Positions 29,702-38,735 of a stretch of DNA of 55,057 nt are shown here, piece after piece. The DNA comes from an uncultured bacterium. GTDB taxonomy: Bacteria; Nitrospirota; Thermodesulfovibrionia; UBA6902. Numbering within the stretch: the stretch's first letter is position 1; the number at the start of each line of letters is the position of its first letter. Under the pieces are notes generated by a model. The model had not been told where the DNA came from and did no database searches. It saw nothing but the letters and a program-made list of their open reading frames with translations. The stretch covers positions 1 to 55,057 of the forward strand of contig CBFDEG010000002.1 of the NCBI GenBank assembly GCA_965603765.1, read 5' to 3'. A program made the translations under genes and the position numbers.

Positions 29702-32260
29702 ATGAAGCAAAAGATCATATTATCCCTTGTTTCACTCTTTATGCTGATGGCTGTCGGTGCAGCGATCGCAAATTACTATCTGATAGATAACACCTCGGAG
29801 CTTGAACGCATTATCCGGCTTCATGAGGTTGAACAGCAGGGGGGCTTTCTGCTTGGTGACCTTTGGAGCATCCAGGCCGACAGGGTAAAGTCTGTGCTGC
29901 TGTTGACACTTTTCATTGCAGTTGTACTCGGTACGGGTATTGCCGTATATCTTACAAGGTTTGTTACACGTCCTGTTAAAGAGCTGGTTGATGCAACCAG
30001 GCTTATTACATCCGGTAAGCTTGGAGGGACAATAACATATAAAGATAATACAGAATTTGGAGAGCTTGCAGGGCATTTCAATGATATGAGTGCCGCAATT
30101 AAGGAGAGCTATGAAAAGGTGCAGGAAGAGATAAAGGGCCGGTGGCAGGCAGAAGATGCTCTTTCTGAATCAATGGAATATCAGAATATGATACTTGACA
30201 GCATAAGGGACCCGTTCTGCATTATCGACAGCACTTACAGGATAGTGAAGGTCAATGAAGCTTATGCGGAACTGAAGGGCAGAAATGCTGATGAGATAAT
30301 CGGAAAGAGATGTTGTGAGATATTGAGAGACGGGGAGCTGCCCTGCACGAATTGTATTGTGAAGGCCACCTTCCGGTCATCCGATCCTTGCGCGAAAGAC
30401 AAAAAGCTCAAATTTAATGACGGGTCTGAAATATGGGTCGATATCTATACATATCCGATAATGGATAATGATGGAAATGTCTCTCATGTTATTGAATATA
30501 TAAGGGACATAACAGACAGAAAGATAACCGATGAGGCATTAAGGGACAGTGAGGAACGCTATATCCTTGCTGCGCGGGGGGCGAATGATGGATTGTGGGA
30601 CTGGGACCTTCAGGCCGGAAGCGTCTATTTTTCGTCACGCTGGAAGGCAATGTTCGGGTATGCAGAGAGAGATGTAGGCGGTGACCCCAATGAATGGATG
30701 AATCGAATACATCCTGATGACCGTATGCAGGTCAAGGCTGAGATAAATGCTCACATTGATGGGCAGACCGCTCACTTTGAGAGCGAACATCGTGTTCTGC
30801 ATAAGGACGGTAATTATATTTGGGTGCTGAGCAGGGGGCTTGCTGTGCGTGATCCATCGATGAAGGCTTATCGTATGGCCGGTTCGATAACGGATATGAC
30901 AACCCGGAAGAAGGCTGAAGAACAGTTGATCTTTGATGCCATGCATGATGAATTGACAGGTCTTCCGAACAGGGCGCTGTTCATGGACCGGTTGAGGCAT
31001 CTGGTTGACCGTGAAAAACGAAATACAGAATATCTCTTTGCTGTTGTATTTTTTGATCTTGACCGGTTCAAGGTGCTTAATGACAGCCTTGGCCATCTGG
31101 TTGGTGACAAGCTGCTTGTTTCGATCAGCAGGAGACTGGAGGAGTGTCTGCGTCCCGGAGATACCGTGGCCCGTCTTGGCGGTGACGAGTTCGCAATACT
31201 GCTTGAGGACCTTGAAGACAGAAAAGAGGCTATGGTTGTTGTGAAACGCCTTCAGGATAAAATGCTTGAAACCTTCAGACTTGACGGGCATGATGTGTTT
31301 ACATCTGCAAGTGTCGGCATTGCCTTTAATGAGGAGGGCCATGAAAAAGCCGAGCATTTTTTACGGAATGCTGACATTGCCATGTACTATGCAAAGGAGA
31401 ATGGTTCCGGTAAATTCGAGATATTTGATAAAGGAATGTATAATGAGGCCCTCACCCGGCTTCAGCTTGAAAATGACCTGCGCCATGCGCTGGAGAGTAA
31501 TGAGTTCTTTCTTCATTATCAGCCGATCGTGTCCGTTAAAACCGGCAGGGTCAAGGGGATGGAGGCATTGATAAGGTGGCAGCATCCTTCAAGAGGACTG
31601 GTTCCGCCTACTGATTTTATTTATATAGCAGAAGAGACGGGAATGATAGTTTCGATCGGTGAGTGGGCGCTTCAGGAGGCATGCAGCCAACTGAAAATAT
31701 GGCAGAAAAGGTTTGCATCGGACATCCCGCTGACTATGAGCGTAAATGTTTCGAGCAGACAGCTGCTGCCCGGACTGATTAAAAATATAAAAAGGATATT
31801 GAACAGGACCGCAATTGAGCCCGGCACTTTAATACTTGAGATAACCGAGACCATGCTTATGAAGAATGCAGAATACCTGGCCCCGCTTCTTCAGAAGTTG
31901 AAGAATATGAATATTAAGCTGCACATTGATGACTTCGGCAGCGGTTATTCGTCATTAAGTTATCTGCGATATTTTCCTGTTGATGTCCTTAAAATAGACC
32001 GTTCATTTATTTCCGGTATATGCACTGACAGTGACAACCTTCAGATAGTAAGGGCCATTACAGCTCTTGCGCACAGTCTTAATATGAATGTTATTGCTGA
32101 GGGCGTGGAAACGCAAGAGCAGATAATAAAGCTTAAATCTCTGGAATGCGATTTCATGCAGGGATTTTATTTCTCAAGGCCGATGGACAGTAATAAAATA
32201 GAAGAACTGTTGAGGGAAAGCAGGTTTGATCTGCTTGCATATCTTTCACATAACAATTAA
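29702..32260 (+). CDS. membrane sensor with HAMP + 2 PAS + GGDEF + EAL domains (c-di-GMP turnover)
   Basis: 852 aa. It has two TM segments, a HAMP domain and two PAS domains. The GGDEF domain has RLGGDEFAI plus an RPGD I-site. The EAL domain has EALIRW, DDFGSGYSSL, KIDRSF and EGVET. Both catalytic domains look intact. Confidence 0.9.
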   Translation: MKQKIILSLVSLFMLMAVGAAIANYYLIDNTSELERIIRLHEVEQQGGFLLGDLWSIQADRVKSVLLLTLFIAVVLGTGIAVYLTRFVTRPVKELVDATRLITSGKLGGTITYKDNTEFGELAGHFNDMSAAIKESYEKVQEEIKGRWQAEDALSESMEYQNMILDSIRDPFCIIDSTYRIVKVNEAYAELKGRNADEIIGKRCCEILRDGELPCTNCIVKATFRSSDPCAKDKKLKFNDGSEIWVDIYTYPIMDNDGNVSHVIEYIRDITDRKITDEALRDSEERYILAARGANDGLWDWDLQAGSVYFSSRWKAMFGYAERDVGGDPNEWMNRIHPDDRMQVKAEINAHIDGQTAHFESEHRVLHKDGNYIWVLSRGLAVRDPSMKAYRMAGSITDMTTRKKAEEQLIFDAMHDELTGLPNRALFMDRLRHLVDREKRNTEYLFAVVFFDLDRFKVLNDSLGHLVGDKLLVSISRRLEECLRPGDTVARLGGDEFAILLEDLEDRKEAMVVVKRLQDKMLETFRLDGHDVFTSASVGIAFNEEGHEKAEHFLRNADIAMYYAKENGSGKFEIFDKGMYNEALTRLQLENDLRHALESNEFFLHYQPIVSVKTGRVKGMEALIRWQHPSRGLVPPTDFIYIAEETGMIVSIGEWALQEACSQLKIWQKRFASDIPLTMSVNVSSRQLLPGLIKNIKRILNRTAIEPGTLILEITETMLMKNAEYLAPLLQKLKNMNIKLHIDDFGSGYSSLSYLRYFPVDVLKIDRSFISGICTDSDNLQIVRAITALAHSLNMNVIAEGVETQEQIIKLKSLECDFMQGFYFSRPMDSNKIEELLRESRFDLLAYLSHNN

Positions 32261-34302
32261 TTTTCCTGCTCGACTATTTCCGAGAAATCGCCGATCGAAT
32301 TGAAAATAGCTTTAACGTGAGCGAGCAGGGCCAGTCTGTTGTTTTTTATCTTCTCGTCCTTGTCCATGACAAGGATCTTGTCAAAAAATGTATTGATAGG
32401 ACCTTCAAGTCCAAAGACCGCTGTTGACTCGCCTGCTTCTACCCGGTCTTTTATTTTTTCAGCAGTATTGAACAGGTCCTTTTCCGGCTCTTCGGTGAAC
32501 ATGCCGGTGTCCGGTGTCCCCGGCGCTGCTTTAACAAGAATGTTATAGACCCTTTTTGCGGCAATGAGAAGTTTGTTGAATTCAGGCGACTTCCTCAGCT
32601 CTGACAATACTGATATTTTTTCTTTCAGCTTTTTTAGGTTTGATTCCTTTGAAGCAAAAACTGAATTGATAAGGTCATACCTGTACCCCTGTGCTGAGAA
32701 TATTCCTTCAAGCCTTTGATAGAAGAACTGCAGTATCGAATCAGACAGTGATGCTTGCCTCTCTGTCGGGACATCAAAATTATCAAGGGCTTTTCCTATT
32801 AATTCTATAAGCAGGATATTGTAGTCGCGTTCCTGAAGTATATTAAGTATGCCGGATGCCTGCCGTCTTAGGGCATAAGGGTCTTCAGAGCCGGTCGGAA
32901 TAAGTCCGAGAAAAAAGAATGCGGCAATGTTGTCGATCCTGTCAGCAAGTGATACGGCGGTGCCGGCTTCACCTGACGGAAGTTCATCACCCGGGAACTT
33001 CGGCAGATAATGTTCATAAATTGCTTCTGCTGTTTCGTTGTCCTCACCGGAATTCAGGGCATATCTCATTCCCATGAGACCCTGCAGTTCAGGGAACTCT
33101 CCAATAACACCGGTGACAAGGTCTGCTTTGCAAAGCAGGCATGCCTTCTCAAGTTTTTCTTTTGAACTCAGCTCCAGTCTGTCTGCGATAAAGGAGCATA
33201 AGGCGGACATCCTTTCGGTCTTCTGGAAGACCGTGCCGAGCTTTTCCTGGAAGGTCACTTTTTTGAGCTTTTCGCTGTATTCAATAAAGGGTATCTTCTG
33301 GTCTTCGATGTAATAGAACATTGCGTCATCAAGCCTTGCCCGGAGCACTTTTGCAGCGCCTTTGCTGACAGTATCATTATTGTTTGAGCTTGTATTGCTT
33401 GTAACTACAAAGTAAGGCATCATATTTCCTTCCGGGTTCTCGGTAGAAAAATATTTCTGGTGTACCTTCATTACAGTTATAAGTAGTTCTTTGGGCAGCG
33501 AAAGGTACTTGTCATTGAATCTTCCGGTTACCATTGCCGGGTATTCAACAAGGTTGGTGACGGTATCTATCAATTCTTCATCCCTGCGGATTATGCAGTT
33601 AAGGTCTGACTCTATGCTGTCCAGACCGGACGATATCATATTTTTTCTTTCGGATATATCAGCAATGACACTGTTTGCTTTCAGTATAGAGGCATATGAT
33701 GCTATGTCTTTTATTTCAACAGGAGCAGGCGACAGGAACCGGTGACCGCGCGAAGTGCTGTTGCTCTTTATCCCATCCAGTTCAAAAGACAGAGTTTCTT
33801 CACCGAACAGGGCAAGTATCCACTGAATGGGCCGGAAATACCTGATATTACTATTGCCCCATCTCATTGATTTTGGAAGATTGAGTGTGGAAATGATCTC
33901 AGGCAGGGCCTTTGTCAGAAGGTCCCTGGTCTGCCGGCCTTTTTGTTCTATAACGGCAGCGACATATTCTCCGCGCTCAGTGTTGATAATTGACAATTCA
34001 GTTACATCTATTTTCAGCGACCTTGCGAATCCGGTGGCTGCTTTGGTGGGGTTTCCCTCGCTGTCAAATGCAGCGCTTTTGGGCGGGCCCACTGTTTCCA
34101 CAGTCCTGTCGTCCTGTTTTTCAGCTATGCCTTTGATACATATCGCAAGCCTTCTCGGTGTGGCATATTCAGAGATTTCCCCATAGCTTATTAATGAACT
34201 GTCCAGAAAGCCTGTAAACGCGCTTTTTAATATCTCCAGTCCTCTGGGCACGAACCTTGCCGGTATTTCTTCCGAGCCTATTTCTATGAGAAGGTCTTTC
34301 AT
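32257..34302 (-). CDS. glyS: glycine--tRNA ligase beta subunit
   Basis: 681 aa, N-terminus [17 protein letters not shown]. Its start overlaps the glyQ stop by 4 nt. Confidence 0.9.
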   Translation of the reverse strand: MKDLLIEIGSEEIPARFVPRGLEILKSAFTGFLDSSLISYGEISEYATPRRLAICIKGIAEKQDDRTVETVGPPKSAAFDSEGNPTKAATGFARSLKIDVTELSIINTERGEYVAAVIEQKGRQTRDLLTKALPEIISTLNLPKSMRWGNSNIRYFRPIQWILALFGEETLSFELDGIKSNSTSRGHRFLSPAPVEIKDIASYASILKANSVIADISERKNMISSGLDSIESDLNCIIRRDEELIDTVTNLVEYPAMVTGRFNDKYLSLPKELLITVMKVHQKYFSTENPEGNMMPYFVVTSNTSSNNNDTVSKGAAKVLRARLDDAMFYYIEDQKIPFIEYSEKLKKVTFQEKLGTVFQKTERMSALCSFIADRLELSSKEKLEKACLLCKADLVTGVIGEFPELQGLMGMRYALNSGEDNETAEAIYEHYLPKFPGDELPSGEAGTAVSLADRIDNIAAFFFLGLIPTGSEDPYALRRQASGILNILQERDYNILLIELIGKALDNFDVPTERQASLSDSILQFFYQRLEGIFSAQGYRYDLINSVFASKESNLKKLKEKISVLSELRKSPEFNKLLIAAKRVYNILVKAAPGTPDTGMFTEEPEKDLFNTAEKIKDRVEAGESTAVFGLEGPINTFFDKILVMDKDEKIKNNRLALLAHVKAIFNSIGDFSEIVEQEN

Positions 34303-35174
34303 TTATTGTCCTTCAGTAAAGGAAAGCCCATTTCTTCGCGAAGGTTGAAATATCCTCTTGCGCATTTTCTTGCAAGGTTTCTGACGCGTGCAATGTAGGC
34401 GGTTCTTTCTGTAACACTTATGGCTCCCCGGGCATCAAGCATGTTGAAGCTGTGTGAGCATTTAAGGCAGAAGTCATAAGCCGGGAGGATCAGGCTCTCT
34501 TTTATAAGCGCGAGGGCCTCTTTTTCATATTTTTCGAAAAGAAGGAAGTGCAGGTCAGCATCTGAGCTGTCAAAATTATATTTTGAGAACTGTACCTCTG
34601 TTTCGTGATGAATGTCTCCGTAGGTAATGCCTTTTTTCCATTGGAGGTCATAGACGTTGTCCACGTCCTGTATATACATTGCGATGCGTTCAAGTCCATA
34701 CGTGAGTTCAACTGATACAGGTTTAAGCTCTATTCCGCCTACCTGCTGAAAATATGTGAATTGGGTCACTTCCATACCGTCAAGCCATACTTCCCAACCA
34801 AGTCCCCATGCACCGAGGGTGGGGGATTCCCAGTCATCTTCAACAAACCTTATATCATGTTTGAGGGCATCGATGTTGATGGCTGCAAGGCTCTTCAGGT
34901 AAAGCTCCTGTGTGTCAGGCGGTGACGGTTTAAGAATGACCTGATACTGATAGTAATGCTGAAGCCTGTTCGGGTTTTCACCGTACCTGCCGTCAGTCGG
35001 CCTTCTTGAAGGTTCTACATATGCGGTTTTCCATGGCTCCGGCCCGAGTACCCTGAAAAATGTAGCGGGGTTGAAGGTTCCGGCGCCTACCTCAATATCG
35101 TACGGCTGGTGGATGACACAGCCCTGGTCATTCCAGAATTCATGCAGTTTCAGGATAATGTCTTGTAAGTACAT
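34299..35174 (-). CDS. glyQ: glycine--tRNA ligase alpha subunit
   Basis: 291 aa with the highly conserved sequence [24 protein letters not shown]...[10 protein letters not shown]. Confidence 0.95.
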   Translation of the reverse strand: MYLQDIILKLHEFWNDQGCVIHQPYDIEVGAGTFNPATFFRVLGPEPWKTAYVEPSRRPTDGRYGENPNRLQHYYQYQVILKPSPPDTQELYLKSLAAINIDALKHDIRFVEDDWESPTLGAWGLGWEVWLDGMEVTQFTYFQQVGGIELKPVSVELTYGLERIAMYIQDVDNVYDLQWKKGITYGDIHHETEVQFSKYNFDSSDADLHFLLFEKYEKEALALIKESLILPAYDFCLKCSHSFNMLDARGAISVTERTAYIARVRNLARKCARGYFNLREEMGFPLLKDNK

Positions 35175-35300
35175 GTTATATATCGCTTTTTGGTTAAATG
35201 AAAATTTACAGAAATTAACTTCTGACTGTAAATCTTAAATTGAAGGAGGAGGCTTTGTCAAACAAGGCAAAATGGCCTGATCTTTAATGTTATATAAACA

Positions 35301-35699
35301 TCAGGCGGATTTAATGGTTTTCAGTAAATTAAAAGCAAACAGAATAACCCCACTAATTGAGAGTGCCGCTGATATTATCAGGATATTTCCAAACAGAGGC
35401 GCGTCTCCCATTACAAAAGGCCAGCTAGAGGCCATCCCGATCAGGCCGGCATTTGCAAACCAGAACTGCAGATGCATTATCCTGGAGCTGTATATCAGTT
35501 TTCCGCTGAACTTCGGCAGTATGTGATAGCCGACCCCGTATATCATCATTGACATAAACCCGAGGAGGTTCAGGTGAACATGTACCGGAATATAATATCC
35601 TGCCTCAGACGGCCATATCAGCATTGCGAATCCAATACCTGAACCTGCCAGAAAATAAAACAGGCTCATTCTTAAGTACCAGACAACTACAGATTCCAT
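35301..35699 (-). CDS. small 4-TM membrane protein; weak resemblance to haem-copper oxidase subunit I helices
   Basis: 132 aa with four hydrophobic segments and a His-rich helix, IPVHVHLNLLGFMSMMIYGVGYHILPKF. AGGAGAG lies upstream of the ATG. It sits downstream of the NifU-like gene on the same strand. Confidence 0.55.
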   Translation of the reverse strand: MESVVVWYLRMSLFYFLAGSGIGFAMLIWPSEAGYYIPVHVHLNLLGFMSMMIYGVGYHILPKFSGKLIYSSRIMHLQFWFANAGLIGMASSWPFVMGDAPLFGNILIISAALSISGVILFAFNLLKTIKSA

Positions 35700-35735
35700 G
35701 AACTTCTCTCCTGTAAAGGTTTAGTGTCAGGGGCC

Positions 35736-35957
35736 TTATACCTGTTCAACAGATTTGATCTCGGGTATCTCTTTTTTAATTGTCTCTTCGATCGCATTTT
35801 TCAGGGTCATTGTAGACATAGGACAGCCGGAACATGCTCCTGTCAGCTTTACCTTTACTACCCCGTCATCCTGAACATCGACAAGTTCAACATCTCCGCC
35901 GTCACGCTGGAGCATCGGTCTAACCTTTTCAAGTACTGCTTCAACTTTTTCTCTCAT
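35736..35957 (-). CDS. NifU C-terminal-domain (Nfu-type) Fe-S cluster protein
   Basis: 73 aa. VRPMLQRDGGDVELVDV...VKLTGACSGCPMSTMTLK is the classic Nfu CxxC module. AAGGAGG lies upstream. Confidence 0.8.
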   Translation of the reverse strand: MREKVEAVLEKVRPMLQRDGGDVELVDVQDDGVVKVKLTGACSGCPMSTMTLKNAIEETIKKEIPEIKSVEQV

Positions 35958-36009
35958 TTTTTCCTCCTTGATAATTATTTAATAGTATAAAGCATATCAC
36001 AGTTAAAAC

Positions 36010-36025
36010 TATGATTAGTATCATA
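36010..36025. promoter_or_regulatory. 16-bp palindromic operator candidate, copy 1 (TATGATTAGTATCATA)
   Basis: Perfect TATGAT-N4-ATCATA dyad in the divergent promoter region between the NifU-like and DUF1858-like genes. An exact second copy lies 38 bp away. Confidence 0.5.
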
Positions 36026-36047
36026 CTTGTCAATATTTATGCAGACT

Positions 36048-36063
36048 TATGATTAGTATCATA
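36048..36063. promoter_or_regulatory. 16-bp palindromic operator candidate, copy 2 (TATGATTAGTATCATA)
   Basis: Identical 16-mer to 36010-36025. The TGAT-N4-ATCA geometry resembles CRP/FNR-family boxes. Confidence 0.5.
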
Positions 36064-36123
36064 GACCCGGTCACGGTAATGTATTAAATTATATATGTAC
36101 AACATATTTTATGAGGAGGGTAT

Positions 36124-36348
36124 ATGAGTGAAATTGCGGAAGTGACAAAAGATTCGATGATCGGGGATGTAATCAAAAGTGTTCCGGGTGCAGAGGATGT
36201 GATAAGGAAATATTTCGGTGAGGGCTGTTTTACATGTCCTGGGATAAATGTGGAGTCAATAACGTTCGGTGCAGCAATGCACAATGTTGATCCTGAGATC
36301 ATTGTTGAAGACATAAGGAAAATATTGGGCGGGAATAATGGAGCATAA
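36124..36348 (+). CDS. DUF1858-like small redox protein (hybrid-cluster-protein-associated redox disulfide domain type)
   Basis: 74 aa. MIGDVIKSVPGAEDVIRKYFGEGCFTCPG...TFGAAMHNVD matches my memory of the DUF1858 family. GAGGAGGG lies upstream. Confidence 0.7.
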   Translation: MSEIAEVTKDSMIGDVIKSVPGAEDVIRKYFGEGCFTCPGINVESITFGAAMHNVDPEIIVEDIRKILGGNNGA

Positions 36349-36466
36349 GTGCCTGAACTGCGGTGTCGGGAGTGACGAGGTTCTTCTCCTGTCATGTAAG
36401 TTCAGGGAAGACTCATTGTATGTGTGCGTGAAGTGTCTTCCGGTGCTCATTAATAGTTCACACTGA
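36338..36466 (+). CDS. 42-aa 4-Cys (CxxC...CxxC) zinc-ribbon-like small protein, overlapping the preceding gene's stop
   Basis: Not in the ORF track because it is under 60 aa. ATG 36338 overlaps the last codons of the DUF1858 gene (its TAA is at 36346-48). Product: MEHKCLNCGVGSDEVLLLSCKFREDSLYVCVKCLPVLINSSH. A terminator follows about 20 nt downstream. Confidence 0.5.
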   Translation: MEHKCLNCGVGSDEVLLLSCKFREDSLYVCVKCLPVLINSSH

Positions 36467-36486
36467 TATTGACCTTCTTCTACTGT

Positions 36487-36525
36487 AAAGCCGGTACCAT
36501 GTTTTGGTGCCGGCTTTGTGTTTAT
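36487..36525 (+). terminator. rho-independent terminator after the DUF1858/4-Cys pair
   Basis: 13-bp stem AAAGCCGGTACCA / TGGTGCCGGCTTT with one G-U pair and a 5-nt loop, followed by a T-rich tract. Confidence 0.75.
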
Positions 36526-36688
36526 TTTCTATAATGACTAATGATTTGCATAGGCTATTTATACCGCTGGCTGTGTAAACTCTAGATGTAAAATTTCTTG
36601 ACAATGGGGTTTGTTTGTGATATCTTTAAAATATCTAATCTGAAACGATTAATCCAAATTATTAGCTTCAAACCTTAAGGGAGGTATC

Positions 36689-38158
36689 ATGGCAAGGCTT
36701 GATATACGATGTGGTGTTGACTTACCTGTAAGCATTATAACAGAGAACATTGGCGGCAAGGGGACTATGGAAACCCCTGCAAGGTTTACGTCTTTAAGCC
36801 TTGGCGGTGGGTTTATCGATATAGGTAAAAACCTTTCATCCGAAAATAAGATAGTGGGTTTGAAGTATGACCTGCCCAGACATGGTGAGTTTGAAGTCCT
36901 GGGTGAGGTACTGCGCTCGGACAGTTCGGGTATTGCCACACGTTTTTATAATCTTGCCAGGGATGCAAGGCTTAAACTTTGGGACTATCTTAAAGATAAT
37001 ATGGGAGATGACCTTTCCTGTCCTTATTGCGGAGCAGAACACACACGCAAGATGGCAAAGTGCAATGAATGCGGATGGGACATGAACTTTCATTCTAATG
37101 ACTATCTGACGGGCCATGAAAAAGAGTCCTTTCTGAAGAGGCTTGCTGTTAAAAGTAATGAATTCTCAATTGAAGATATCTATAAGATCATGAATTATAT
37201 TGACATTGAGATCCTGAAGGTAGGGAAGAACTATGAGGTCAATGAAGAGTTTGTGGGTTCATGCAAGGGCATGCTTGATGTATTTTCTATGATAAGAAAA
37301 GTTGCTGTAACGGATGTGCCGGTGCTCATAACAGGTGAAAGCGGTACAGGCAAGGAGCTTACAGCCATCGCTGTGCATGAGAGGAGCGACAGGAGAAATA
37401 AACCGTTTGTTCCGATAAACTGTGCGGCAATCCCTGAAGCCCTGCTTGAGGCAGAGCTGTTCGGGTATGAAAAAGGAGCATTTACAGGCGCTGTTGCGAG
37501 TAAGGAAGGGAAGTTTGAATACGCAGACAGCGGCACGATTTTTCTTGATGAAATAGGCGAGCTTTCCCTGAATATGCAGACAAAGCTTTTAAGGTTTCTT
37601 GAGGACAAGGTCATTACTAAAGTTGGTGCGAATGAGGGCAGGAAGATTGATGTACGGTTCCTTGCTGCAACCAATATAAACCTTAAGTCCGCTGTTGCAA
37701 GGGGTAAGTTCAGAAAGGACCTGTTCTACCGGCTGGATGTTTTCAATATTAATCTTCCGCCGGTCAGGGACAGAGGGGCGGACAAGGCCATCCTTGCCAG
37801 ATATTTCCTGAATAAGTTTTCAAAAGAGATGAATATAGTTAAATCGTTTTCTGCTGAGGCGCTTGAAGCGGTCAAGACCTATGACTGGCCCGGTAATGTC
37901 AGAGAGATTGTTAACAAGATCAGGCGGGCAGTGATAATGTCTTCCGGTGATGTGATCACTCCTGCTGATATGGAGCTTAGTGTCTCGCCTCTTGAGATCG
38001 ATGCATTGGCCTCCCTGAAGGATGTAAGGCACTCAATAGAAAAACAGAAACTTATTGAAGCCATGAGACACTGTAATAACAATATCTCAAAAGTAGCCAG
38101 GGTCCTTGGAATAAGCAGACCGTCCGTCTACAGTTTAAGAAAAAAATATAGTATATGA
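36689..38158 (+). CDS. sigma-54-dependent transcriptional activator with an N-terminal PilZ domain and a zinc ribbon (PilZ - CxxC..CxxC - AAA+ - Fis HTH)
   Basis: 489 aa. The N-terminus carries the PilZ motifs RLDIR (RxxxR, residues 3-7) and SLSLGG (D/NxSxxG-like) 28 residues later. Next come CPYCGAEHTRKMAKCNECGW, an AAA+ module with GESGTGKE and GAFTGA, and the C-terminal HTH NISKVARVLGISRPSVY. Confidence 0.85.
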   Translation: MARLDIRCGVDLPVSIITENIGGKGTMETPARFTSLSLGGGFIDIGKNLSSENKIVGLKYDLPRHGEFEVLGEVLRSDSSGIATRFYNLARDARLKLWDYLKDNMGDDLSCPYCGAEHTRKMAKCNECGWDMNFHSNDYLTGHEKESFLKRLAVKSNEFSIEDIYKIMNYIDIEILKVGKNYEVNEEFVGSCKGMLDVFSMIRKVAVTDVPVLITGESGTGKELTAIAVHERSDRRNKPFVPINCAAIPEALLEAELFGYEKGAFTGAVASKEGKFEYADSGTIFLDEIGELSLNMQTKLLRFLEDKVITKVGANEGRKIDVRFLAATNINLKSAVARGKFRKDLFYRLDVFNINLPPVRDRGADKAILARYFLNKFSKEMNIVKSFSAEALEAVKTYDWPGNVREIVNKIRRAVIMSSGDVITPADMELSVSPLEIDALASLKDVRHSIEKQKLIEAMRHCNNNISKVARVLGISRPSVYSLRKKYSI

Positions 38159-38202
38159 TATTCCGGTGTCAGTAGTATTTCCCTGCTGAAGTGTAAAGTT
38201 TT

Positions 38203-38240
38203 CCCGTACATGTAAATTTAATTTACATGTACGGGTTTTT
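38203..38240 (+). terminator. rho-independent terminator after the PilZ-EBP gene (perfect 15-bp palindrome; could also act as an activator binding site)
   Basis: CCCGTACATGTAAAT-TTA-ATTTACATGTACGGG followed by TTTTT. Confidence 0.75.
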
Positions 38241-38290
38241 ATTTCTTGAATAATATTTATAACCTGTTGTAAATAAATGATACTTGTGGC

Positions 38291-38306
38291 AGGCATGCTA
38301 CTTGCT
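38291..38306 (+). promoter_or_regulatory. candidate sigma-54 (-24/-12) promoter
   Basis: AGGCAT-GCTAC-TTGCT. The GG (38292-93) and GC (38304-05) have canonical spacing. It lies about 25 nt upstream of the ATG at 38330 and 55-90 nt downstream of the palindrome at 38203-38235. Confidence 0.4.
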
Positions 38307-38329
38307 TTTATATCCGCAAGGAGGTGCCA

Positions 38330-38524
38330 ATGGTTAATGGAAGAGAAGTACCTGTTTTTTCAATTCTTGATGAATCACCTTTTTTCAGGCAGCTTTCAAT
38401 AAAAGAGATGGAAGTGCTTATTGAAGATCTGTTTGAAAAATATCCTCATCTTGCGCCATCTATCGGCAGTGAACCGGAGGTCGGTTATGAGGCAAGTTGG
38501 TTGTCACAGGGTTCCAACCTATAG
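38330..38524 (+). CDS. 64-aa hypothetical protein
   Basis: The track ORF starts at GTG 38324. ATG 38330 lies 5 nt after AAGGAGG (38318-24). Product: MVNGREVPVFSILDESPFFRQLSIKEMEVLIEDLFEKYPHL... I recognise no family. Confidence 0.5.
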   Translation: MVNGREVPVFSILDESPFFRQLSIKEMEVLIEDLFEKYPHLAPSIGSEPEVGYEASWLSQGSNL

Positions 38525-38575
38525 TTTTAAAAGAGGTTTGAGAACAGACTGTTTTTTACGGGATCAACTTTGCTA

Positions 38576-38604
38576 TTGACATCCTGGAACAAATGGAATA
38601 AAAT
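38576..38604 (+). promoter_or_regulatory. near-consensus sigma-70 promoter (TTGACA-17 nt-TAAAAT) with no ORF directly downstream
   Basis: TTGACA at 38576-81, a 17-nt spacer, and TAAAAT at 38599-604. The next recognisable start codon (rpmE) is about 245 nt downstream. Confidence 0.4.
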
Positions 38605-38735
38605 TTATCCATAATAATAATTTAAACAAGTATAATTTGTTGTTATAACTTAGCTGAATGGAAAATCCGAATATAATAATCTTCTGGGACGAAGCTGACT
38701 TTCAAATCACCTGAATAATGTTCTGCCTATCCATG

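Noticed and set aside
35175-35300. Possible T-box leader upstream of glyQS.
   Set aside because: Only 126 nt are available. I could find no specifier-loop or T-box sequence, only a short 8-bp hairpin (ATTTACAG/CTGTAAAT).
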